64,000 nt of DNA, from NCBI RefSeq assembly GCF_027307225.1, contig NZ_DAHUXJ010000068.1, forward strand, positions 1,700-65,699, in the 5' to 3' direction. Under the pieces are notes generated by a model. The model saw nothing but the letters and a program-made list of their open reading frames with translations. It had not been told where the DNA came from and searched no databases. This DNA is from Bradyrhizobium sp. (GTDB lineage Bacteria > Pseudomonadota > Alphaproteobacteria > Rhizobiales > Xanthobacteraceae). The number at the start of each line of letters is the position of its first letter. The stretch's first letter is position 1. Of the stretch, positions 1 to 8,551 are shown in pieces. Made by a program: the position numbers and the translations under genes.

Positions 1-1000
1 TGAAGGGGCCGAGCGACTGGAAACCGGCGTCCAGCGCAATGGTGAGAATCGGCACCGCCTCCTGCGCCGGATCGGCCAGTGCCGCGGCGACCTCGTCCAG
101 ACGATAGCCGTTGAGAAAGGCATTGAAGTTGCGATGGCCGAGCCGCTGATTGATCAGGCGCCGCAGCGCGTGTTCGGCGATGCCAAGCCTCCCGGCAAGA
201 CCGCCGATCGACAGCCCCTCCTCGCGGTAGGCCCGGTCGTGCTCCATCAACCGGCGCAATGCGAGAAGCATCGGCGCTCCCTCATCGTCGGATTGCCCAA
301 CAACACCCGCCGCCGCCGCCGGCCGGCGCGGTGTGACCGCAAGCGGTTGCGGCTCCGACTGATCAAATGGAATCAGCGATCCGTCGCGATTGACCACAAA
401 CAGAGCGGCCGCGAACACCATCACGATCGCCAGAACGCCGGCGCTGATCGCCATCCCCAGTGCCGGACCGCCGCTGCCGCCCGGGTAGAGAATCTCCGAT
501 GCAATAATCGCCGTTGCATAGAAGGCGATGACGACCACCAGCATGCCGCGCAATCGCCGGCGTTGTTCGACGAGATCGAGCGACCGCTCGGCCAGCGCAT
601 ACCAGGCGCCCACCGCATTGCAGGCGAGTCCGACGGTGCTGAAGCCGATGCGGGCGGCGGGCGTGCCGATCCACAAACAGGAAGCCCCAACCGCCACGAC
701 CGCGAGCCAGGCGAGCCCCTGCCACCAGGAAGGCTTGAAGTCGTCGTCGAACAGAGCGGCCGCAAACAGACAGAAGACGACCGGATTGCCCATCGCAACG
801 AAGCGCAGCGGCAGCAGCCAGGCGGGCAGTCCCGCGGCAAATTCCGAGGCCGAGACGACCGCGTAGCAGGCAACCCCAAGGGCAAAGAACGCGGCGAACC
901 GCGCGGCTGCAATCTGCCGCGCGTCGCGCACCAGGAGCACCGCGAGCAAAATCAACAGGAATACCGCTCCTCCGCGCAATGCTGCTTCGAAAACGGCCAC
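1..1000 (-). CDS. AraC-family transcriptional regulator with N-terminal membrane domain (3' end runs off the window)
   Basis: Manual minus-strand translation from GTG at 1000, with GGAG upstream, gives hydrophobic helices (VAVFEAALRGGAVFLLILLAVLL...) and an AraC HTH near the window start (NAFLNGYRLDEVAAALADPAQEAVPILTIALDAGFQSLGPF). Not in the ORF track. Confidence 0.85.
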   Translation of the reverse strand, partial: MAVFEAALRGGAVFLLILLAVLLVRDARQIAAARFAAFFALGVACYAVVSASEFAAGLPAWLLPLRFVAMGNPVVFCLFAAALFDDDFKPSWWQGLAWLAVVAVGASCLWIGTPAARIGFSTVGLACNAVGAWYALAERSLDLVEQRRRLRGMLVVVIAFYATAIIASEILYPGGSGGPALGMAISAGVLAIVMVFAAALFVVNRDGSLIPFDQSEPQPLAVTPRRPAAAAGVVGQSDDEGAPMLLALRRLMEHDRAYREEGLSIGGLAGRLGIAEHALRRLINQRLGHRNFNAFLNGYRLDEVAAALADPAQEAVPILTIALDAGFQSLGPF

Positions 1001-1143
1001 GTCCGGCTCCCCAGGATTTTTCCGCGCGAGACTTAGCAAATTCGCTCGATCAGGGCGAGGACTTCGGAAATGCGGTATTGTGGCGCAGACGCCACAAGAA
1101 TTTTGAACGATCCCCACCATGTCTCCGCAAACATCGGAGACAG

Positions 1144-1527
1144 CAATGCCGCTCGGGACAATCCTAACCAAGCAAGCCTCAACACCCTTACGCAGCTTCA
1201 TGCCGAGCTGGCCGGCAAGATCGAAGGCAACCGCAAGCAGGGTGACAAGCTCCGAATGCAGATGATGCAGGTCGAGGCCGTCATGAAGATGCTCAATCCG
1301 GAAGTGAACCTGCGGGCCATCGCGGTCAAACGGCGCAACCAAGGCAATCCCTGGTTCAAGCATGGCACATTATACAGGGCCGTACTGGACGTGCTCAGGA
1401 CCGCAGAGAAGCCCATGACGGCGCGGCAGATGATATGGACGCGGTTCTGGAAGGCCGGGAGCCCAAGGCCACCCGCAAGCAGGAGATAGACGTTCAAGCG
1501 GCCATCCAGTCCGCTGATGCGGAATAG
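1144..1527 (+). pseudogene. Frameshifted small hypothetical protein (coiled coil followed by a possible wHTH), mobile-element type
   Basis: Reads LTQLHAELAGKI...VEAVMKMLNP...NPWFKHGTLYRAVLDVLRTAEKPMTARQ. A protein-like continuation (DAVLEGREPKATRKQEIDVQAAIQSA) follows in another frame after about 1431. Confidence 0.55.
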
Positions 1528-1812
1528 GTCCGGGATCGGTTGAGGCCGTGCCGCCTGCGTCGGGGATGGGGCCCGTGGGAAGGCGGCTAGTTGGCTAGTC
1601 GGCGGGAATCGCTGTCACACAGGTTAACGGGGGAAAATCCCCAAAATTGACCTGAACCGGAGCTGTACTCACAGCGACACACAATTAAAATTAACTTTGA
1701 TCCATAGGGCGTTAACGCCCTAGAAGGAACAAACACCAATACTATGTCTTGTCTTTCGACTTGTCAGCGATGGAGCCACTGGTAAGGTGTTCCTGCCGGT
1801 GGGGATAGGCAA

Positions 1813-1986
1813 ATGTCATTCGCAATGAAGAAGCAGGGGCCGCAAGAGCGGGCTCCGCAGGTTGCTGTTCAAATCCATGTTGGCCGCGACGCCGTCAACA
1901 ATGCCTCTCGGCAAACGAGCGAAACGATCAACCAAATGACTGATCAAATTGCTCGTGAAATTTCAAAACAGCTGCAAGAAAAATAA
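1813..1986 (+). CDS. 57-aa hypothetical protein (below the ORF-track cutoff)
   Basis: ATG at 1813 after GGGGATAGG; MSFAMKKQGPQERAPQVAVQIHVGRDAVNNASRQTSETINQMTDQIAREISKQLQEK, ending TAA TAG. Confidence 0.5.
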   Translation: MSFAMKKQGPQERAPQVAVQIHVGRDAVNNASRQTSETINQMTDQIAREISKQLQEK

Positions 1987-2035
1987 TAGCCTTACGGCGG
2001 GCAGCTAGGGGGCGGTTGCTACCGCGTTCATTCGC

Positions 2036-2485
2036 ATGCCAAAGCCGTTGTATGTGCTGGCCTTTGAGCATTTCAAAAACAACCACGGTGATACCCTAAC
2101 CGGGTACGTCGCCTTCGGCATGTACATTGATTCCGAATGTAAGTGGGCAGAGTCTCAGCCTGCTTGGCCCACCCACGGCAAATATAAGGAATGGTACGAT
2201 TGCTATGTCCCGCACGGCATCGCTGCCCATACTGAAAAAGCTACCGATGTCTTGCAGGATTTTGCCAACAACATCGTAGAGCAAGAGCGTGTCGCCTTCC
2301 TTGAGGCCGCCTTGCAAGAGTACAAAGCCGAGGCGGCAAAATCCAAAAAGGGCTTTTGGGATGGCGTGCGAGAAGCTTTTATGGGAGCTGCTTGCTGGAC
2401 TATATTTTTGATTGCGATGGCCTTCGTAATCAAATTGGTTAAGCCAGATTTCTATGAAATTCTCGGACGCGTGTTGGGCGGCTAA
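2036..2485 (+). CDS. Hypothetical protein with C-terminal transmembrane helix
   Basis: 149-aa ORF with AT-richer codon usage and a hydrophobic C-terminal segment (AFMGAACWTIFLIAMAFVIKLV). Confidence 0.7.
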   Translation: MPKPLYVLAFEHFKNNHGDTLTGYVAFGMYIDSECKWAESQPAWPTHGKYKEWYDCYVPHGIAAHTEKATDVLQDFANNIVEQERVAFLEAALQEYKAEAAKSKKGFWDGVREAFMGAACWTIFLIAMAFVIKLVKPDFYEILGRVLGG

Positions 2486-2659
2486 TCAATATGCCGCTGC
2501 CAATAGCCAGTGAAGTCCACTGACTTGCCGCGCTTCATCGCAAGCGCGGCAATCCGGTTCACCTGATCCCCGTTCGAGACGCGTGCGTTGCGGCGCCTGG
2601 AATTAGAACAAGTTGTTTTGGATGAAATCTAGGTTAGGGCTTCCTTCGCATAGTGCGAC

Positions 2660-3406
2660 GTGCAAAAAATGCCAAACGCAACTACGGCAAGCCCACCGAT
2701 GACAGAAACGATAGCCAGCGCAAATGCGGCAGCTTCAACCCTGTTTCTCGGCCATAACGGCGAATGGTGGGATTCTTCGCTGATATTGGCAGTGATATTC
2801 GCCGCACTAGCTGGCGTTGCCGTCGGCATCACGACTGCTGGTTCAATCGTCTCCCATAAAAGGGAGACATCGGCGGCAGAGGATGCGCTAGAAAAATATA
2901 AATTGGAAACAGGGGGTAAAATTTCCGATTCAAATGCTCGCGCCGCAGACGCAAATGCCCGCGCCCTTGAAGCTAAGTTAGAGTTGGCAAAACTGACCAC
3001 TCCGCGACGATTAACAGTAGAGCAAAAGGCCTCCATTGCCGAACGTATGAAAGGTTTCCAGCATATAGCATTTGCTATGTCGGCGGTCGGGGCCGAGTCG
3101 ATAGATTTTGCTAGCGATATTGCAGATGCGCTGAAGGCGGCTGACTGGCGCTGGATAAACTGGCCTCGGGGCGGTATCGTAACTAAACCGGCAGGTGGAA
3201 AGCCAGACGTGGGAATGGATATGCTAAGAGGCATCGAGACACATATTTCAAGCCCGTACCTACAGCCACTCGCTATCGAATTGTTCCATGCGCTGACTGA
3301 CGCTGGATATAAGAATAGCTGGGTACTTGAACCGCCAACATCACCTATTGCGGAGTCTGCCCAACTTTCTACTCCAATCATAATTTTGATCGGCAGCAAA
3401 GACTAA
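2660..3406 (+). CDS. Hypothetical membrane-anchored protein (TM helix, coiled coil, globular domain); start uncertain
   Basis: TM segment WWDSSLILAVIFAALAGVAVGITTAG, heptad-like ADANARALEAKLELAKL, AT-richer composition. Confidence 0.7.
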   Translation: MQKMPNATTASPPMTETIASANAAASTLFLGHNGEWWDSSLILAVIFAALAGVAVGITTAGSIVSHKRETSAAEDALEKYKLETGGKISDSNARAADANARALEAKLELAKLTTPRRLTVEQKASIAERMKGFQHIAFAMSAVGAESIDFASDIADALKAADWRWINWPRGGIVTKPAGGKPDVGMDMLRGIETHISSPYLQPLAIELFHALTDAGYKNSWVLEPPTSPIAESAQLSTPIIILIGSKD

Positions 3407-3723
3407 ACAATCCATCCACCTATACCGCGCATCGACCACTCCTTTCATGTGGTCGGTACTAGGTGCTCCCGCTTGTGGCGTTTGCGCCATAATACCGCGG
3501 AAATGTGCCAAGCCCGCGTCGCCGCCGCCAGAGGCGCTTTTTTGCGGAAATCGACTGCCCACCGGCTGACATGCACCGACAGTCCCGCGAAGGGTCAAAC
3601 GTTAATCAAATCATAAAACCTGCCCGCTACCTTGCCGGGAAGTTTGTTTCAGCGGACTTTTTATTTTCGATCCAGGCGAGCTGCCAAAGCCGCCCCGATT
3701 TCTTGAAAGCCCCAGAGGCGTCG

Positions 3724-4776
3724 ATGGAAACGGCAACGTTGCAGTTGCTCGCGGAATTGGATGCGACGGAGGGATGGCCCGCCGAGCGCTGGGCTGCCGT
3801 CCTGGATCGCACCGCGAAGCTGTTCCTGTGCAGCATTGAAAAGTTGTCGGCGTCCCAGATTGAGCTCTTCGACAGCGTCCTTGGCCGATTGATCGACCAC
3901 GTCGATACGCAATCGTTGACCAAATTGAGCCAAAAACTCTCGGAGGCGAACTGCTCCTTGCCTCAGGTTACCCGCCGGCTTGCCTTCGACGGGAACGAGT
4001 CCGTCTGGGCGCCTGTTCTGAAGTCCGGAGGCGTCGCTCAAGGCGTTCTCCTCGAGGTCATCGCGTCGTCCGGCCTCGCCCACCACCTCGCGATTGCTTC
4101 CAGACATTCGATCGATCATTCGCTGAGCGATACATTGATACAACGCGGGCCGTCGGCCGTTCACCAGGCGTTGGCCGAAAACCGCGGGGCCCAAATGTCG
4201 GAAGCCGGCTGGGTCCGTCTCGCCGAGTTCGCACAGAACGACCCCAAGCTCGCGGAAAAACTCGCGCGCCGGAGGGACATGCCGGATTCGATCAAGCGAG
4301 AGATTCAAACCAGGCTCGAAGATGCGCAGATGCGGCTGCAGTCCTCGAGGCCACGCGCCATGCGCGACCAGATTGAAGACACCGTTGCGTCCAGGGCAAC
4401 GTCCGGCATGCCCGATCCCGACCCGTCGGATCTGGCACGCGCTCAGGCCAGGATGGCGGAGGTCGCCCGCAAGGGCAAGCTGCGCGATTCCACCGTGAAT
4501 CGCGCAGCGGCCGGCCGTGACTACCTCGATGTTGCCGCAGCGCTCGCCGTGCTGACGGGATCGCCGGCCAACGTCATCTGGGCCCTGATCGCCAGCGAGA
4601 AGATCGAAGGTCTCGTCCTGTCTTGCAAGGCGGGCAGATTGAGCTGGGGCACGACGAAGATGGTTGTCAGGAATCGCCCGGGCTTGCCGCCGGTCCCGGC
4701 AGAGGAACTCGCAAAAGCGCAGGAAACCTTCCAGTCGTTTTCCCTGTCTGCCGCGCAGCGCACCGTCCGGTTCTAG
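3724..4776 (+). CDS. DUF2336-family protein
   Basis: Helical pattern LFDSVLGRLI...LAFDGNESVWAPVLKS...HHLAIASR...VHQALAEN.GA typical of alphaproteobacterial DUF2336. ATG at 3724 chosen as start. Confidence 0.8.
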   Translation: METATLQLLAELDATEGWPAERWAAVLDRTAKLFLCSIEKLSASQIELFDSVLGRLIDHVDTQSLTKLSQKLSEANCSLPQVTRRLAFDGNESVWAPVLKSGGVAQGVLLEVIASSGLAHHLAIASRHSIDHSLSDTLIQRGPSAVHQALAENRGAQMSEAGWVRLAEFAQNDPKLAEKLARRRDMPDSIKREIQTRLEDAQMRLQSSRPRAMRDQIEDTVASRATSGMPDPDPSDLARAQARMAEVARKGKLRDSTVNRAAAGRDYLDVAAALAVLTGSPANVIWALIASEKIEGLVLSCKAGRLSWGTTKMVVRNRPGLPPVPAEELAKAQETFQSFSLSAAQRTVRF

Positions 4777-4939
4777 TGCGGTGAATTTGAAGTTCCTATC
4801 AGTTTCGCGGTAACCTCGTCATAGGAACTTCAAATTCTAAACCGCACTAGAATCATATAATTGGCTAGTGCTCCTTTGATTCCGAAGTTCGTAAACGTGG
4901 AGCCGCAATGTGATACGAACTTCGGAATCGGAGCACTAG
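4773..4939. repeat. CTAG-bounded hairpin doublet, copy 1
   Basis: CTAGTGCGGT-GAATTTGAAGTTCCTAT...ATAGGAACTTCAAATTC-TAA-ACCGCACTAG, then an AT-rich linker, then CTAGTGCTCC-TTT-GATTCCGAAGTTCGTA...TACGAACTTCGGAATC-GGAGCACTAG. Confidence 0.9.
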
Positions 4940-4970
4940 TACCGCCTATTTACTCATGGTGATGGCCGCC

Positions 4971-5702
4971 TCACGGCCATGAGGCGGCCTTTGGCAAGCG
5001 CCGCCGCTCGCTTTCGTCGGCTTGTTCATCCGCCAGAACACCGTCCTCGATCCTGACGATGCGATCGGCGAACGAAACGATGCGGGGATCGTGGGTGACG
5101 ACGAGCACCGCCCGGTCGCGCTTGTGAGCTGCGTCCACAAGAATGCGCATGATGGCGCGACCGCTGTCGCCGTCGAGCGCCGAAGTCGGCTCGTCGGCGA
5201 GAATGACAGAAGGATTGGCGACAAAGGCGCGGGCGATCGCAACCCGTTGCTGTTCGCCGCCGCTTAAAGAGTCGGGCAGCGACTTCGCCTTTTGGTCGAG
5301 CCCGACAAGCGCGAGCGCATCGCGCGATTTTCGCGCGGCGTCCCGGCCGTGATGGCCGCGAATATCGAGCGCGAGCTGGACATTTTGCCGGGCCGTCATG
5401 GTCGGGAACAGATGATAGGACTGGAATACGAAGCCGATATGGTCGCGGCGGATTCGGGCGAGAGCTTCCTTGTCGGCATCCGAAGTCGCGGTGCCGCAAA
5501 CGGTCACCCTGCCCGCGCTCGGCGTCAACATGCAGCCGAGGATCAGAAGCAGCGTGGTCTTGCCGCTGCCGGACGGCCCCATCAGGAGCGTCAGCTCGCC
5601 CTTGCGCAGAGCGAGGTCGACGCCACGCAACGCCTGCACCTCCCCGGCGCCTTTGCCGAGCGTCTTCCTGATTTCCCTGGCATCGATAATGATGTCGTTC
5701 AT
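4971..5702 (-). CDS. ABC transporter ATP-binding protein (DevA/LolD/MacB-like)
   Basis: Walker A GPSGSGKTT, signature LSGGEQQRVAIARA, Walker B VILADEPT, H-loop VTHD. Its start overlaps the permease stop (ATGA). Confidence 0.95.
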   Translation of the reverse strand: MNDIIIDAREIRKTLGKGAGEVQALRGVDLALRKGELTLLMGPSGSGKTTLLLILGCMLTPSAGRVTVCGTATSDADKEALARIRRDHIGFVFQSYHLFPTMTARQNVQLALDIRGHHGRDAARKSRDALALVGLDQKAKSLPDSLSGGEQQRVAIARAFVANPSVILADEPTSALDGDSGRAIMRILVDAAHKRDRAVLVVTHDPRIVSFADRIVRIEDGVLADEQADESERRRLPKAASWP

Positions 5703-6835
5703 CGCATGAAAACCGAGGCAGGATCGATACGAACGACGCGGATGATGGCCACGAAGCCCGAGGCCACGCACATGACGACCGTGAGAACGAACAGCGCGGC
5801 CATCAGCCACGGCGTGATCACGATCGGAAGCGCGCTTCTTTCGGTCATCCTGACCACCACGTAACCGATCGCACCGGCCATGATGAAGCCGACCACCGCG
5901 TTAAACAGTGCCTGATAGATAATGACGCCGTAGATGTAGTTGTTCGACGAGCCCATTGCGCGGAGCGTGGCAAATTCGCTCAGGTGATCCTTGGTCGAGG
6001 AATAGAGCGTCTGCGCCACGATCACGGTGCCGACGATCACCCCGAGAATGGCGCCGGCAAACAGCGCCGCGCCGGCGCCAGTGCCGAACAGCCAGAAGGA
6101 TCGGCTGCGCTTGCGGAATTCGGCCGTGGTGAGCACCTCGACGTCGTTACCGACACGGTCGCGGATCGCCTGCACCGCCTTGGTGCGATCGGCGTCGGGC
6201 TTGAGGCGAACGAGCAGATCGCTCGCCTTGCTCGGAAACATGCCGGTATAGAAGCGGGAGTCTTTCTGATCGACGAACACATAGGGCGTGGTGGTGAACG
6301 AGCGGATGCCGTCGGTCACCGCAACCACCTTGACCTTGTGACCATGGATCTCCGCGGCATCGCCGAGCTTCTTGATCCCGAGCCGGTCGAAATAGGTGCG
6401 GTCGACCGCAACAGCGCCCCATTGCGAGAGCGAGCGGACGTCGCCTTCGACCACGTTCCAGGGCTGTAGCCCTCCGGCCTTCACGTCAGAGCCGACGATG
6501 AAGACCGGCGTGACCTCGCCCGAGTCGAGCCGCCAGTCGGAGAAGCCGATCACGAGCGGCACCACGGAGGCGACACCGTCTGCGGCAGCGACCTTCTCGC
6601 GCAGCTTGACGTCGAGCTGCGACGGATCCTCAAAGCACTTCGCGCCTTTGGGCAGCACCCAGAGATCGGCATTGGCGTGATCGATCATGGTCGAGACCAT
6701 GTGACCGAAGCCGAGGAAAAGGCCCATCTGGATCATCACCAGCACCACCGAGAACACGATCCCGATCAGCGTCGCGACCAAGCGCAGCCGGTCGTGAAGG
6801 AGGTTGCGCGTGGCAAGCGTCATGACCAGAGACAT
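5699..6835 (-). CDS. ABC transporter permease (DevC/FtsX-like)
   Basis: N-terminal TM, large periplasmic domain, three C-terminal TMs; LYSSTKDHLSEFATLRAMG is DevC-type. Confidence 0.9.
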   Translation of the reverse strand: MSLVMTLATRNLLHDRLRLVATLIGIVFSVVLVMIQMGLFLGFGHMVSTMIDHANADLWVLPKGAKCFEDPSQLDVKLREKVAAADGVASVVPLVIGFSDWRLDSGEVTPVFIVGSDVKAGGLQPWNVVEGDVRSLSQWGAVAVDRTYFDRLGIKKLGDAAEIHGHKVKVVAVTDGIRSFTTTPYVFVDQKDSRFYTGMFPSKASDLLVRLKPDADRTKAVQAIRDRVGNDVEVLTTAEFRKRSRSFWLFGTGAGAALFAGAILGVIVGTVIVAQTLYSSTKDHLSEFATLRAMGSSNNYIYGVIIYQALFNAVVGFIMAGAIGYVVVRMTERSALPIVITPWLMAALFVLTVVMCVASGFVAIIRVVRIDPASVFMR

Positions 6836-6849
6836 CTAACCTCATTCCC

Positions 6850-8097
6850 TCATCGTGTCTGGTCAACGACCACGCCGTCGCGCGGAATGGCCGAATGCCG
6901 CAGTGCAGGACCCTTGAATGCAGCCTTCAAGCGCGGCCCGACGATCGCGCTGGCGCCGGCGCTTGTCAGCCAGCTTAGCATCAGCGCGGCCGAGAAGACG
7001 ATGATCATCTTGAACACGGCGTTCAATGGCGCGCCGACCAGCGCATATCCCAGCCACAGCACGAAGACATAATGCACTAGATAGATGCCGTAGGCGTTCG
7101 CCGACAGGCTATCGAGCAGGTGGTCGCGCGCGCGCAACAGCCGCAGCGCGATTCCGAGATAGGCCATCACGCCGGCCGCGCTGGCAAAGGGAAAGGCAGC
7201 CGCCGCCGCCAGCCGCTCAACCAGCGGACTCGCGTTCCAGTCCGGCAAGGTCAGCGATGTCAAACCGCCCCAGGCGCACATGCAGATCGTGGCACCCGCA
7301 AGCCAGGCGAGCCAGTACCTGGCGATGGGCCCGTCGTTGCGCAACAGGCTGCGTTCGCAGCCATAGGCGCCGATGGCAAAGCCGGCAAAGAAATAAACGA
7401 GATAGTGCAAGGGACGACTATATTGGAACGAGATCGGCCCGACATTGCTCCAGGCCCAGGGCGTGAAGATCATCGCCAGCGGAATATAGGCGAGCGCCGA
7501 GAATCCGGTCAGGCACGCGACGAAGACGAGCGGTCTCTTGCCTAGCCGACCGGCCCAACGGCTCAAGGCCTCACCCCAGCGAGGCGCGAAGCCATACAGC
7601 GCGGAGGCGAGCGCGCTGAGCACGAACAGCTGCCATAGAAACCATTGCGGGCCGGAGGGCCACATCGGAAGCTTGCGCCAGTGCTGCCAGAACGCCGATA
7701 GCGACGGGTCGACTGCCGTGAGGCGATACGAGGCATAGTAGGCAAGCGGGCTGAGGATCGCGACCGCCAGCACAAAGGGAAGGCCGATCCGCCACCACCG
7801 ATCGGCGAGATAGCGAAACGCACCCTTGCGTCCAAGACTTGCCGGCGCAAACAGGCCGGCGAGGAAAAACATCAGGGGCATCAGGCTGATGTCCTGCCAG
7901 GCGCAAAAAAGGTCAAAGCCGAACCAGCGCTGCTGATCGATGATCGGGAACGCCACCCAGCGATAGGGTTCGGCATCAAAAGCAAAGGGGTGCGGGGGTT
8001 GCGATGCAAGATAAGGCAGCGCCGAATGAAAGGCGACCACGATCAGGATGACCACTGCGCGCAGATTGCTGAACGGCACATTTACATTCGAGTTCAT
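6850..8097 (-). CDS. Acyltransferase family 3 membrane protein (OpgC/MdoC-like)
   Basis: NLRAVVILIVVAFH, MPLMFFLAGLF, PQWFLWQLF, YGIYLVHYVF motifs; about 10 TM helices. Confidence 0.9.
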   Translation of the reverse strand: MNSNVNVPFSNLRAVVILIVVAFHSALPYLASQPPHPFAFDAEPYRWVAFPIIDQQRWFGFDLFCAWQDISLMPLMFFLAGLFAPASLGRKGAFRYLADRWWRIGLPFVLAVAILSPLAYYASYRLTAVDPSLSAFWQHWRKLPMWPSGPQWFLWQLFVLSALASALYGFAPRWGEALSRWAGRLGKRPLVFVACLTGFSALAYIPLAMIFTPWAWSNVGPISFQYSRPLHYLVYFFAGFAIGAYGCERSLLRNDGPIARYWLAWLAGATICMCAWGGLTSLTLPDWNASPLVERLAAAAAFPFASAAGVMAYLGIALRLLRARDHLLDSLSANAYGIYLVHYVFVLWLGYALVGAPLNAVFKMIIVFSAALMLSWLTSAGASAIVGPRLKAAFKGPALRHSAIPRDGVVVDQTR

Positions 8098-8245
8098 GTC
8101 GCGCCACGGGAAATAATTTCAGGTGCTGAAAATCCAACCGCGAGGCCACACTGTTGGTTCCAAGGGCGACTTTCCCGCGACGGCATATCGACAAGCTCGA
8201 GACCGAGCGATGACGGGCCTGGGGCGCGGTGAGCACAGCGCTGAT

Positions 8246-8293
8246 GTCCCGGACGCGGGTGCAGCGTGCAACGCCGCTCCGCACAGCCGGGAC
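8246..8293. repeat. Half copy of the GTCCCGGACGC...CCGGGAC palindromic repeat family
   Basis: Same termini as the longer copy at 27035-27158. Confidence 0.6.
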
Positions 8294-8461
8294 CTAGTGG
8301 AGTGGATTTGACATTCGCTACCCACCTAGCCGCAAACTCGGAAAGCGAATGTCAAATCCTAAACTCCACTAGAAACATATCCTTGCTAGTGGTCCTATGA
8401 TTCTAACATTCGCAAAGGTGCCCGCTGAGAAGGGATGCGAATGTTAGAATCGGACCACTAG
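8294..8461. repeat. CTAG-bounded hairpin doublet, copy 2 (divergent sequence)
   Basis: CTAGTGGAGT-GGATTTGACATTCGCT...AGCGAATGTCAAATCC-TAA-ACTCCACTAG, linker, CTAGTGGTCC-TAT-GATTCTAACATTCGCA...TGCGAATGTTAGAATC-GGACCACTAG. Confidence 0.9.
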
Positions 8462-8551
8462 TGTCGTGGATTATGGGCCCCGGATCCGCAAACCACCGCT
8501 CCGCCTTCGCTACGCGCTGCGTAGCATCCGGGGAAAGGGGTCCGCGCGCCC

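Noticed and set aside
134-1036. Long ORFs antisense to or overlapping real genes (e.g. 134-1036, 10544-11704, 12804-14663, 53946-55361, 58422-59534, 61520-62872)
   Set aside because: These are shadow ORFs expected in high-GC DNA. They have Arg/Ala-rich composition, no motifs, and a clear gene on the opposite strand.
4789-4831. GAAGTTCCTAT...ATAGGAACTTC matches the 11 outer bases of both arms of the yeast FRT site (also near 44690 and 45350)
   Set aside because: The gap between the matches is 21 bp rather than 12, so it is not a functional FRT. Other family members have different stems, there is no Flp or vector sequence, and the match is best read as coincidence.
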